This document shows, piece after piece, positions 37,018-49,051 of a stretch of DNA of 64,000 nucleotides. The DNA is from Squalus acanthias (Eukaryota). The notes beneath the pieces are model-generated. The model was not told the DNA's origin, ran no database searches, and worked only from the letters and a program-made list of their open reading frames with translations. The first letter of the stretch is position 1; each line of letters opens with the position of its first letter. The translations under genes and the position numbers were made by a program. Location of the stretch: assembly GCA_030390025.1 (NCBI GenBank), contig CM059431.1, positions 132,806,001 through 132,870,000 of the forward strand, in the 5' to 3' direction.

Positions 37018-37453
37018 GGGCAACACGGTGGCATAGTGGTTAGCACTGGTGCCTCACAGCGCCAGGGACCCGGGTTCGAATCTGACCTCGGGTGACTGTC
37101 TGTGTGGAGTTTGCACATTCTCCCCGTGTCTGCGTGGGTTTCCTCCGGGTGCTCCGGTTTCCTCCCACAGTCCAAAAATGTGCGGGTTAGGTTGATTTGG
37201 CTATGATAAATTGACCCTTAGTGTTAGGGGGGGATTAAATATGTGGGGTTATGGGGATAGGATGGGATATGTTAGGGGGAATTAAATACGTGGGGTTACG
37301 GGGGTAGGGTGGGATATGTGTACTGTGGGGATTAAAGCAGGGACAGGGTACTGGATTTGAATGATCAGCCATGATCGTATTGAATGGTGGAGCAGGCTCG
37401 ATGGGCCGAATGGCCTACTCCTGCTCCTAGATTCTATGTTTCTATGTTTCTAT
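37018..37453 (+). mobile_element. V-SINE (HE1-like) with CR1-derived tail
   Basis: A box TGGCATAGTGG, B box GGTTCGAATC and a V-domain-like core. The 3' end matches CR1 ends (61248-61334) and carries (TTCTATGT)n. TGATTG flanks both sides. Confidence 0.85.
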
Positions 37454-37776
37454 GATTGTCTATCAGCCCCTTAATGATACTCTGGGAGGTCGTTCCTAGC
37501 TTCAAATCCTTTACCAAGATGGTGTCTTGTGCTAAACCAGCATTGCAGCTCCAGACCCCATCTTGGCCACTTCGGAGGCTCTTTAGCACCTAAACTACCG
37601 GTGCTACCATGGGGAAAATAGCCCCTTTCATCTTTAGTCATTCAGGGAGCTCTAGCTTTGGATGCCCTTCCTTTCCCTCTCATAGGAAGTGTGCAGTCTG
37701 TACCCAAACTAAGATCCCCATCTTGGCCACCTCAGAGGCTCTTTAGTGCCCATAGTATCCGGGGAAAATCACCCCC

Positions 37777-37918
37777 ATTATCGGTCATTATTACATTGAT
37801 ATTTGTGGGACCTTGTTGTGTGCAAATTGGCTGCCATGTTTCCTACATTACAGAAGTGACTACACTTCAAATGCTTTGCAACGTCCTGAGGTCATGAAAG
37901 GAACTACATAAATACAAG
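37777..37918 (+). mobile_element. DeuSINE 3' half
   Basis: Reverse complement of 20578-20735. Confidence 0.7.
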
Positions 37919-37919
37919 T

Positions 37920-38370
37920 ATTTTTTTTTAGTTGCCCTTGAAAAGGTGGTGGTGAACCTTCTTCTTGAACTACTGCAGTCCATGTGGTGAAATTTCTCCC
38001 ACAGTGCTGTTAGGTGGAAAGTTCCACGATTTTGATCCAGCAATGATGAAAGCTCGTAATTTCAAATAAAACTGTTGGACTATAACCTGGTGTTGTGCGA
38101 CTTCTCATTTTTGTCCACCCCACTCCAACACCGGTATCTCCGCGATATGTGTCCAAGTCAGGATGGTGTGTGACTTCGAGGGGAACTTGGAGGTGATGGT
38201 GTTCCCATGTGCCTGCTGCCCTTGTCTTTCTTGGTGGTGAATGCTGCGGGTTTGGGAAGTGCTGTTAAAGAAGCATTGATGAGTTGCTGCAGTGCATCCT
38301 ATAGATGGTATACATGGCAGTCATGGTGTGCTGGTAGTTGGGAGAGTGGATATTTATGGTGGTGGACAGG
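37920..38370 (-). mobile_element. LINE-X 3' fragment, with a Penelope terminal fragment inserted at ~38050-38140 (+)
   Basis: Matches 54120-54470. The insert matches 53657-53714. Confidence 0.75.
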
Positions 38371-38377
38371 CCTCCGA

Positions 38378-41300
38378 TCAGAACATAAGAAATAGGAGCA
38401 GGAATAGGCCACTTGGCCCCTGGAGCCTGCTCCGCCATTCAATAAGATCATGGTTGATCTTGGGCTCAAAGCCACTTCCCTGCCCGCTCCCCATAACCCT
38501 TCACTCCCTTATCTTGCAAAAATTTGTCTATCTCCACCTTAAATGTATTTAATGACCCAGCCTCCACGGCTCTCTGGGGCAGAGAATTCCAAAGATTCAC
38601 GACCCTCTGAGAGAAGAAATTCCTCCTCATCTCCATTTTAAATGGGCAACCCCTTATTCTGAAACTATGCCCCCTAGTTCTAGATTCCCCCACGAGGGGA
38701 AACATCCTCTCTGCATCTACCTTGTCGAGCCCCCTCAGTATCTTATATGTTTCAAAAGATCACCTCTCGTTCTTCTAAATTCCAATGAGTATAGGCCCAA
38801 CCTGCTCAACCTTTCTTCATAAGTCAACCCCCTCATCTCAGGAATCAACCGAGTGAATCGTCTCTGAACTGCCTCCAATGCAAGTATATCCTTCCTTAAA
38901 TAAGGAGACCGAAACTGTACGCAGTACTCAAGGTGTGGTCTCACCAATACCCTGTACCGTTGTAGCAGGACTTCCCTGCTTTTATACTCCAACTCCCTTG
39001 CAATAAAGGCCAACATTCCATTTGCCTTTTTGATTACTTGCTGTACCTACATGCTAACTTTTTGTGTTTCATGCACAAGGACCCCCAGGTCCCTCTGAAC
39101 TGTAGCATTTTGTAATCTCTCTCCATTTAAATAATAATTTGCTTTTTTATTTTTCCTGCCAAAGTGGATAACCTTGCACTTTCCCACATTATACTGAAGG
39201 GATAATTACAAGTCCTAGCCCTTTTCGGGCTACCCCAGATCAGGCGTATTCCCCAGACATTCACCTTCAACTAAAGTTCGCGGTAGCCGAATCCTAGAGA
39301 CGCTTAATTGGTTCTAAAGGTCAGACTACCTTTCCCTAAAGGAAAGAAATGGCCTGAAGATGTTACTGTCCTCCGGATAGCACTTTTAACAAGTTTAACT
39401 AGACTGTAACCTTCCGGATATTATGAGGGTCCGGAAAACCCCCAGAATTCTGCAACTCCTTACAAAAGCGTGCACAGAAATTGAGTTCGTGAGATTGATG
39501 CAGAAGTACTCTTTGAGATAATTTTGAAAATATATAGATTTATTAAAGAACCGACATTTAGTTAACAGCTGGTATGGCAATTGCAACTTTAACCGTTCAA
39601 AATACAAATAGCTTACATTTCTTATCAGAATTCTTATTCTCAAATCTTAATTTTGTTACATTTCCACACTTCTACTTATTTCTTAATCCAGAATATCCAC
39701 CAAAATTAAATACCTTGATTACCCGAGACTCAGAGTTGAAAACTTACAGAGCGTGCCTGTGAAGTTGAGAAACGCTTGCCCTTCCAGCGACTTCTTACTC
39801 TCTATCTGAAAAGCTCTATTTTTATACCTTTTTAGTGGTATTTTCTTTGAAGTTTCCTGCTGATGTAAGCTAATTATCTCCAGTGATTCTTTATTGAATT
39901 CTTTTCTATTCTTACTGTCATTTCAGCTGCCAACTTTTAGAATTCTGTCTCTACCTTTAAGTGTTTCAAAAACTTATCATTTTTATGGTTATTGTCGATT
40001 TATCTATTTGATGCTATTCTTAGGAAGTCTTTCTACTGAATTCTTAATATCACTTAACTGCTTGTAAGCCAGACGTCGTGACTCCGTGGTGTTCCAAGTT
40101 CAATACAAACAAAATGTAATTGCTTGGTGTCATCTATTGATATTATATTTTCAAAGCCTTCCTATTTGTACATTTTACAACTTGTAAATGAAAAACACTT
40201 CAACCAGGGTGTTTTTTGCATTTCTTAGCTATTTCAATTGGTTGCATATTTAATTGTGTTTCCTGTTTCTAAGTTTAACATAAAACTATTTTACGGCAGG
40301 TATTTCTTTTACTTGATGTCATTTTTTCAAAGGCACTTGGTTTTTTAATGTTCAGTGCACCTGTTCGACGTGTTAGATTTTGACACTTTACTTGGGCATT
40401 GCTATTGTTTTGTCCCAAACTCCAGACCTTCTGGAAGCGCCAATGGTTTGCTTCAATAGGTGCATTGTTTTTGTGTTTACAACCATCTCCCATTTCAAAG
40501 CTTGTGGTGTTTTACAGCTTTTGTTAACAATTCACCTTATCTCAGAAGCCTGTATTGTGTTTGCAGCCTGTGTCGCCGAGGCTTTCCAGACTTTTAAACT
40601 CAGTATGTCTTGTATTAATAATATCAAAATCTGTTCATAGGATGATGTATTTCTTGGAATATGGCTTATTCCATTACAATACTCCATCTGTCAAATGTTT
40701 GCTCACTCACTTAGCCTGTCTACATCCCTTTGCAGATTCTTTGAGTCCTCTGCACAACTTGCTTTCCCACCCATCTTTGTATCATCCGCAAACTTGGCTA
40801 CATTACACTCGGTCCCTTCATCCAAGTCATTAATGTAGATTGTAAATAGTTGAGGCCCCAGCACTGATCCCTGTGGCACCCCACTAGTTACCGTTTGCCA
40901 ACCGGAAAATGACCCGTTTATCCCGACTCTCTGCTTTCTGTAAGTTAGCCAATTCTCTATCCATGCTAATAGATTACCCCCAACTCTGTGAGCTCTTATC
41001 TTATGCAGTAACCTTTTTTGTGGCACCTTATCGAATGCCTTCTGGAAATCCAAATACACCACATCCACTGGCTCACCCTTATCCACCCTGCTCGTTACAT
41101 CCTCAAAGAACTTCAACAAATTTGTTGAACATGATTTCCCTTTCATAAAACCATGCTGACTCTGCTTGACTGCATTATGATTTTCCAAATGCCCTGCTAC
41201 TGCTTCCTTAATGAAGGACTCCAGCATTTTCCCAACGACAGATGTTAGGCTAACTGATCTATAGTTTCCTGCTTTCTGTCTCCCTCCTTTCTTAAATAGG

Positions 41301-43650
41301 GGTGTTACATTTGCGGTTTTCCAATCTGCGGGGACCTCTCCAGAGTCCAGGGAATTTTGGTATTTTGCAACCAATGCATCCACTATCTCTGCAGCCACTT
41401 CTTTTAAGACCCTGGGATGTAGGCCATCTGGTCCAGGGGACTTGTCGTCTTTTAGTCCCATTATTTTACCACGTACTTTTTCCTTAGTGATAGTGATTAT
41501 CTTTAGTTCCCCCCTCCCTGTGGCCCCTTGATTATCCATTATTGGGATGTTGTTAGTGTCTTCTACCGTGAAGACAAAAACAAAATATTTGTTCAGAGTT
41601 TCAGCCATTTCCCCGTTCCCTATTATTAATTACCCAGTCTCATCCTCTACGGGACCAACGTTTACTTTAGCTACCCTCTTTCTTTTTATATACCTGTAGA
41701 AGTTCTTACTTTCTGTTTTAATATTTCTTGCCAGTTTACTCTCATAATTCATCTTCTCTCTCTTTATTATTTTTTTAGTCATCCTTTGCTGGTTTTTAAA
41801 AATTTCCCAATCCTCTGGCCTCCCACCAATCTTGGCAACATTGTATGCCTTTGTTTTCAATTTGATACCATCCTTTACTTCCTTAGTTAGCCACGGATGG
41901 TGTTCCCTTCTCTTAAAATCTTTCTTTCTCACTGGAATATATTTTTGTTGAGAGTTATGAAATATCTCCTTAAATGTCCGCCACTGCATTTCAACTGTCT
42001 TGCCCTTTAATTTGTTTTTCCAGTCCACTTTAGCCAGTTCTGCCCTCATGCCACTGTAATTGCCTTTGTTTAAGATCAGGACACTGGTTTGAGATACAAC
42101 TTTCTCACCCTCCAACTGAATTTGAAATTCAACCATGCTATGATCACTCTTTCCTAGAGGATCCTTTACTATGAGATCATTTGTTAATTCTGTCTCATTA
42201 CACAGTACAAGATCCAAGATAGCCTGCTCCCTGGTTGGTTCCATTACATACTGTTCTAGGAAACCATCCCGGAAACACTCTATCAACTCCTCCTCAAGGC
42301 TGCCATGGCCAATTTGATTTGTCCAATCAATATGGAGATTAAAATCACCCATGATTATTACCGTACCTTTTTTACAGGCCTCCATTATTTGTTGATTTAT
42401 ACTCTGTCCAACAGTATTGCTACTGTTCGGGGGCCTGTAGACTACACCCACCAGAGACTTTTTCCCCTTATTATTTTTTATCTCCACCCAAACCAATTCT
42501 ACATCTTGATCTTCTGAGCCAATATCACTTCTCACCACTGCACTGATCCCATCCTTTACCAACAAAGCCACCCCACCTCCCTTTCCTTTCTGTCTATCCT
42601 TCTGAATTGTCAAATACCCTGGAATATTCAGTTCCCAGCCCTGGTCACCTTGCAACCATGTCTCTGTCATGACGATCAGATCATACCCATTTGTATCTAT
42701 TTGTGCCGTCAACTCATCTATCTTGTTACGAATACTGCGTGTATTCAGATATAGAGCTTTTAACTTTGTCTTTTTACCATTTCTCCTTGTTTTGGCCCCA
42801 TTTTCTGTTGCACTCTTATTTTTAAACATTCTGTCCCTTCCTGTCACACTCTGGTTATTATTTCCCCCATCTCTGTCCTGCTCTATTGTTTTCTCATTTC
42901 TGATTGAATTTTTAAATTCTCGCTCACCTGGACCCTCCCCCCCACTATTTAGTTTAAAGCCCTCTCTACAGCCCTGGTTCAAGTGAAGCCCGTCCAAACA
43001 GAACAGCTCCCTCTTATCCCAGTACTGGTGCCAGTGCCCCACAAATCGAAACCCATTTCTCCCACACCAGTCTTTGAGCCACTCGTTCATTTCTCTGATC
43101 TTATTGACCCTATGCAAATTCGCTCGTGGCTCAGGTTGTAATCCAGAGATTATTACCTTTGTGGTTCTGCTTTTTAATTTAGCCCCTAGCTGCTCATACT
43201 CCCTCAGCAGAACCTCTTTCTTTGTCCTACCTATGTCATTGGTATCTACGTGGACCATGACAACTGGATCTTCTCCCTTCCACTCCAAGTTCCTCTCCAG
43301 CCCAGAGGAGATGTCCTTAACCCTGGCACCGGGCAAGCAACACAACCTTAGGGACTCATGCTCTCGGCTGCAGAGAACAGTATCTATCCCCCTAACTATA
43401 CTGTCCCCTATCACTACAACATTTCTTTTTACTCCCCCCACTTGAATGGCTCCCTGTACCACGGTGCTGTGGTCAGATTGCTCATCCTCCCTGCAGTCCC
43501 TGCCCTCGTCCACACAGGGAGCAAGAATCTCGTACCTGTTAGACAAGGCCAAGGGCTGAGGCTCCTCCATCACTACCTCCTGGATCCCAATACCTGCCTC
43601 GCTTGTAGTCACACCCTCCTGTCCCTGACCATGGGCCAAATTAGAAGTAA
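38378..43650 (-). mobile_element. CR1 LINE (esterase ORF1 plus ORF2), interrupted by a solo LTR
   Basis: ORFs 41630-43639, 40703-41608, 38735-39016 and 38466-38705. The tail is near 38380. Confidence 0.9.
39195..40678 (-). mobile_element. Solo LTR (1484 bp)
   Basis: TG...CA ends with an imperfect inverted repeat and a perfect ATAC TSD (39191-39194 / 40679-40682). Minus-strand TATAAAAA (39819-39826) precedes AATAAA (39539-39544). Confidence 0.85.
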
Positions 43651-43659
43651 TTACTCTAG

Positions 43660-44275
43660 TGGGTGCCTTGTCCTAGATGGTGTTGAGCTTCTTGAATGTT
43701 GTTGCAGTTGCACTCATCCAGGCAAGTGGAGAGTATTTCATCATACTCCTGAACTATGCCTTGTAGGTCGGTGGTGGAGAGATTTGGGGAGTCAGGAGGT
43801 GAGCCATTTGCCACAGAATACCCAGTTTATGACCTGCTCTAGTAGCTATGTCATTTATGTGGGTGGTCCAGTTGAGTTTCTGGTCAATGGTGACACCTAG
43901 GATGTTGATAGTGGCGGATTTGGCGATGGTAATGCCATTAAATGTCAAAGGGAAATGGTTAGGCTCTCTCTTGTTGAAGATGGTCATTGCCTGGCACTTG
44001 TGTGCCGTGAATGTTAATTGCCACTTATCAGCTCAAGCCTGAATGTTGTCCAGGTCTTGCTGCATGCGGGCACAGACTGCTTCATTATCTGAGGAGTTGC
44101 GAATGGAACTGAACACTGTGCGGTCATCAGCGAACATCCCCACTTCTGACCTTATGATGGAGGGAAGATCATTGATGAAGCAGCTGAAGATGGTTGGGCA
44201 TAGGACACTGCCCTGAGGAACTCCTCCAGCGATGTCCTTGGGCTGAGATGATTGGCCTTCAATAGCCACAACCAT
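43660..44275 (-). mobile_element. LINE-X RT fragment
   Basis: GVPQGSVL...MFADD in ORF 44033-44287. Confidence 0.85.
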
Positions 44276-44276
44276 T

Positions 44277-46890
44277 AGTAAACTCATGGCTAAGGTTAGA
44301 ACATCTGGAGTCAGGGGACAAGTAGCAGAATGAATAGAAAGCTGGCTACAAAACAGAAAACAGAGAGTAGGGGTAACTCAGACTGGCAAAAGATGGGAAG
44401 TGGTTTTGCACAAGGATCAGTGCTGAGACCACTGTTGTTCATCATTTACATCATTTGGACTCTGGAATCAGACATACAATTTCAAAATTGGCAGACGACA
44501 TCAAATTGGGGGGTGTAGTTAATACAGAGGAGGACTGTGACAAAATACAGGCAGACTTTAAATAAAATTGCAGAATGGGCGTGTAATTGGCAAATTAACT
44601 TCAATATAGATAAGTGTGAGGTGATATATTTTGGTAGGAAGAATAAGGAGGCTGCATACTCCTTGGAAAATAAGTGTCTAAATTGGGTAAAGGAGCAGAG
44701 GGATATGTGGGTACAGATACACAAATCACTAATAGTAGCGACGCTGGTTAAACTATCCATAAAAATAGCAAACAAAGCACTGGAGTTCATTTCTAGAGGG
44801 ATAGAATTGAAAAGCAGAGAAGTTATGTTAAACTTGTATGGCACCTTTGTTAGACCACACTTGGAGTACTGTGAACAGTTATAGAGGCACTGGAGAAGGT
44901 GCAAAAAAGATTTACAAGAATGATACCAGAACTGAGAGGTTATACCTATCAGGAAAGATTGAACAGGCTGGGGCTCTTTTCTCTAGAAAAGAGAAGACTG
45001 AGGGGTGACCTGTGACCTGATAGAGATCTTTAAGATTATCAAAAGGTTTGATAGGGTAAACGTAAAGAAGATGCTTCCACTTGCGGGGTTGATGGGGTTA
45101 GATAAAAAATGGTGGGACGAGGCTCGTGTGGAGCATAAACACTTGTAGAATTTGCAATATATCGCGATTTTATTAATAAGGAGAAAAACACATAGTTTCG
45201 TTCAAACAGCTTTTATTTCAGCAGAATGCTGTCAGGTTTTCAAAGTGGACACAAGCAGCTTGTAAAATGGCCGCCGCACCTCGTGGCAGAACATTCTAGA
45301 CTTTTCAACAGGCAGACAAGATGGCGTTCCAATAAACATTTGTGCAAGATCGATTAAGACTCAGCACATTGAAGATAATACACGAGACATCATGGGTTCA
45401 CAGTATACACATAAATACTGAAATCGGTCTCCCAGGTACGAATAAAAGTTATTGTACCAAGTAATCAAGAACCCATCCAAAGACATTAATATGTAAAATC
45501 CCAACGACTCTACGATGAGAGAGCCGTTAGCGGGTAGTTACAGAAAACGCTTGGAAGCCCCAAAACCCCTCCAGGGAGAACACCGACCGATTAAACAATG
45601 GGAGAAATATTAACAGGTACTCAGACAATTACGAGTAGCCCCGAAACCCATTAAAACGAAGATCACCATATACAAGACATTTGAGCGCCAAAACCCTAAC
45701 AAAAGAAAAGACATTAAGGTTGGGCGGGAAACGGAAGATTTTGCACTATAATTGCAAGCTCCAAACCGTCCATCTTTCTCTTATCTTGCTGGTGTTTATC
45801 CTCGTGGCTGCCCTTGACTCGCCGTCTTGTTCCTGCTTGCCTCGTGTCTCTTTTCAAAAAGACTGTTGAACTTTACGATCCGCTCGAATCTACCTCGTGT
45901 CGTGTCGCGAAGACCTGTGTAGAACTGGGCTCTGAAGCCTTGAAGCGGGCGCACCATTCCGATAAGTCGGTAAACGGTGTTGGAACCGAAGGCCCGAGAT
46001 GAGATGAGATGAGATGAGATGAGAAGAGAAGAAGACCATACTTATCGCCACGGTCAGTAAGCCCCGACCGCGCCTGTAGGTCGAATAGACATTTTCCTTG
46101 CCAGGAAGACTTCTTCGAGTTTTACAGAACTGACAGGAAGACTACTTTTCGAATTCTATCGCATCCGTGCGAGGGCACAGGAAGACTCTTTTTTGAGTAG
46201 AGTCGGAACTCCGAGGACAACACAGATCTTCATGACAGCAGACGTTCCAGCCTGCTAGCCGGAGCAGAAACGAGTAAACAAGTGGGGCCAGGAGACCCCC
46301 TGATCGACACGTGGGTGCTGCGGTGAAAAACATCCGATCAGAGTTTTCGGAATTCTCCGAGTTATCACGAGTGGTGAGCATGAGTCTCGAATCCTACGAA
46401 TCTAGCTTAGGACAGATATTGATAGGGGAGGGTTTCAAGTATTAAGGATAATTGTAATGTGTGCCCCCATTTACGATGTGTGGTTCGTTCCTCGTTTCCC
46501 TGAAATTAGTTACATAACTGCGTGTAAGATTGTACTGTCATTAATCTGTGCTTATGACATGTATTTCATAATCTTAAGTACTATGCAATAAAGATTTTCC
46601 ATTTCGTACCATTCAACCGAGTCTACCTGAGTTTCATCTCCATTACTGCTCTCGCATCTAAGTCCAGTGTCTAGAACCGTAAGGGTGAGTGGGTCGAACC
46701 ACTCACAGGTGTGTCTAGTGCTCCCAGACTGGCCGGAGACCAGAACAGGCAACAAGGCCTAAACCCGCACTAGCACCCGGGCTGCACAGAGCCACACGAA
46801 TCTCACAGGCTGAGAGACATAAACCCTTACACACTGGCGTGGGACTGCTGGGCCAAATGGCCTGTTTCTGTGCTGTAAATACTATGTAAT
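44277..46890 (+). mobile_element. Decayed CR1 3' part, interrupted by a solo LTR
   Basis: RT C-terminus (RPHLEYC). The 3' UTR resumes at 46832. Confidence 0.8.
45144..46831 (-). mobile_element. Solo LTR-like insertion (1688 bp)
   Basis: TGTA...TACA termini and a perfect CACT TSD (45140-45143 / 46832-46835). Minus-strand AATAAA at 45212-45217. (GAGAT)n at 45996-46025. Orientation is tentative. Confidence 0.8.
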
Positions 46891-48640
46891 CTTCCTTTGG
46901 GCTAGGTATGACTCCAGCCACTGGAAAGTTTTCCTCATGATCCCCACTGACTTTAATTTTATTAGGGCTGTTTGGTGCCACGCTCGGTAAAATGCTGCCT
47001 TGATGTCAAGGGCAGTCACTCTCACCTCACCTCTGGAATTCAGCTCTTTTGTCCATGTTTGGACCAAGGCTATAATGAGGTCTGGCACTGAGTGGTCCTG
47101 GCGGAATCCAAACTGAGCATCTATGAGAAGGTTATTGGTGAGTAAGTGCTGCTTTATAGCACTGTTGATGACTCCTTCATCACTTTGATGATTGAGAGTA
47201 GGTTGATAGGATGGTAATTGGCCGAGTTGGATTTGTCTTGCTTTTTTGGACAGGACATACCTGGGCAGTTTTCCAGATTGTCGGATAGATGCCAGTGTTG
47301 TAGTTGTACTGGAACAGCTTGGCTAGAGGCGTGACTAGTTCTGAAGCACAAGCCTTTAGCACTGCAGCCAGGATGTTGTTGGGACCCATAGCCTTTGCTG
47401 TATCCAGTGTGTTCAGCCGTTTCTTGATATCACGTAGAGTGAATCGAATTGGCTGAAGACTAGCTTCTGTGATGGTGGGCACCTCAGGAATAGGCCGAGA
47501 TGGATCATCCACTCAGCACTTCTGACTGAAGATGGTTGCAAACGCTTCAGCCTTGTCTTTTGCACTCGCATGCTGGGCTCCGCCATCATTGAGGATGGGG
47601 ATGTTCATGGAGCCTCCTCCTCTCGTTAGTTATTTAATTGTCCACCACCATTTGTGACTAGATGTGGCAGGATTGCAGAGCTTTGACCTGATCTGTTGGC
47701 TGTGGGATTGCTTAGCCCTGTCTATAGCATGCTGCTTCCGTTGTTTAGCATGCATGTAGATCTGTGTTGTAGCTTCACCATGATGCACCTCATTTTCAGG
47801 TATGCTTGGTGCTGCTGGCGGCATGCTCTTCTACACTCCACATTGAACCAAAGTTAGTCACCTGGCTTGATGGTAATGGTAGAGTGAGGGATATGCTGGG
47901 CCATGAGGTTACAGATTGTGGTGAAATACATTTCTGCTGCTGCTGATGGCCCACAGCGCCTCATGGATGCCTAGTTTTGATCTTCTAGATCTCTTCTTAA
48001 TCTGTCCCACTTAACACGGTGATCGTGCCACACGACACGATGGAGATTGTCCTCAGTGTGAAGATGGGTCTTCGTCTCCACAAGGACTGTGCAGTGGTCG
48101 CTCCTATGAATACTGGCAGGGACACATGTATCTACAACGGGTAGGTTTGTGAGCACAAGGTCAAGTAGGTTATTCGATCATGTTGGTTCTCTCACCACCT
48201 GCTGCAAACCCAATATGGCAGCTATGTCCTTCATGACTCAGCCAATTTGGTCACTGTCAATGGTGGTAACACTGATCCACTTTTGATGATGGACATTGAA
48301 TTCCTCTTTCCAGCGTACATTTTGAGCCCTCAGTGCGTCCGTCAAGTGGTGTTCAACAGGGAGGAGTACTGATTCATCAGCTGAGGGAGGGCGATAGGTG
48401 GTAATCAGCAGGATGGTGTGCCTTCATTGTGTCTGAGTTTGATGCCTAGGTTGCAGTTAAGTGATCTGTCCTGTTTTATTCTTCTTATCCTTTTTTGTAG
48501 TGGTTTGATACAACTGAGTGGCTTGCTAGGCCCTTTCAGAGGATAGTTAAGAGTCAACCATGTTGATGTTGGACTGGAGTTACATAAGGACAACAGGTAT
48601 CCTGTCCCTAAAGGCACTCAATTCATTAGACCAGCTGTGC
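46888..48640 (-). mobile_element. LINE-X 5' half, including part of the 5' leader
   Basis: APE and RT fragments. 48410-48640 matches the leader at 30410-30640 (GGCCTAGCAAGCCACTCAGTTGTA). Confidence 0.8.
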
Positions 48641-49051
48641 ATTTTCTAATCTTACTTTCAATGCATTTAATATTAGTAGAGGCTGTTCTTTTCTAATATT
48701 TCACAGAGCAGATTCTGTATGTGTCCAAACACACACATGCCAAACTTCTTGTGGTAAATTCACAACAATTACAGCTGACAATATAATTTGATTCTCACAG
48801 CAGAACATCACACTCTAGCTACAGTATCAATATAGCATTTAATTTTAATCTTTGTCATATTGTTTGAATACCTGGAGTTAATTTTCTATTTGAAGTTACT
48901 TAATGCTAATCTCAGTAGTCCAGTTATGACAGGAGCACTTTAAATTACAGACATAATTCAATGAATGTTAGATTTGAATTGATGAATGGATATTACCATC
49001 TTTTTATTATGATAAATGTGATACTTTTTATTTGGGTGACTGTTGGATCAA

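Larger units (their letters stand above)
22076..37776 (-). mobile_element. Harbinger transposon D (decayed), expanded to 15.7 kb by nested insertions
   Basis: ATT TSD (22073-22075 / 37777-37779) splits a DeuSINE. TIR G(A/G)GGGTTATTTT versus AAAATCACCCCC. Myb and transposase pseudogenes lie inside. Confidence 0.75.

Noticed and set aside
41630..43639. 669-aa esterase-endonuclease fusion ORF
   Set aside because: Compared with the copy at 17325-17400, this one has a ~34-bp deletion between GCCC microhomologies near 42972. The deletion shifts ORF1 into the ORF2 frame, so it is decay rather than a new gene.
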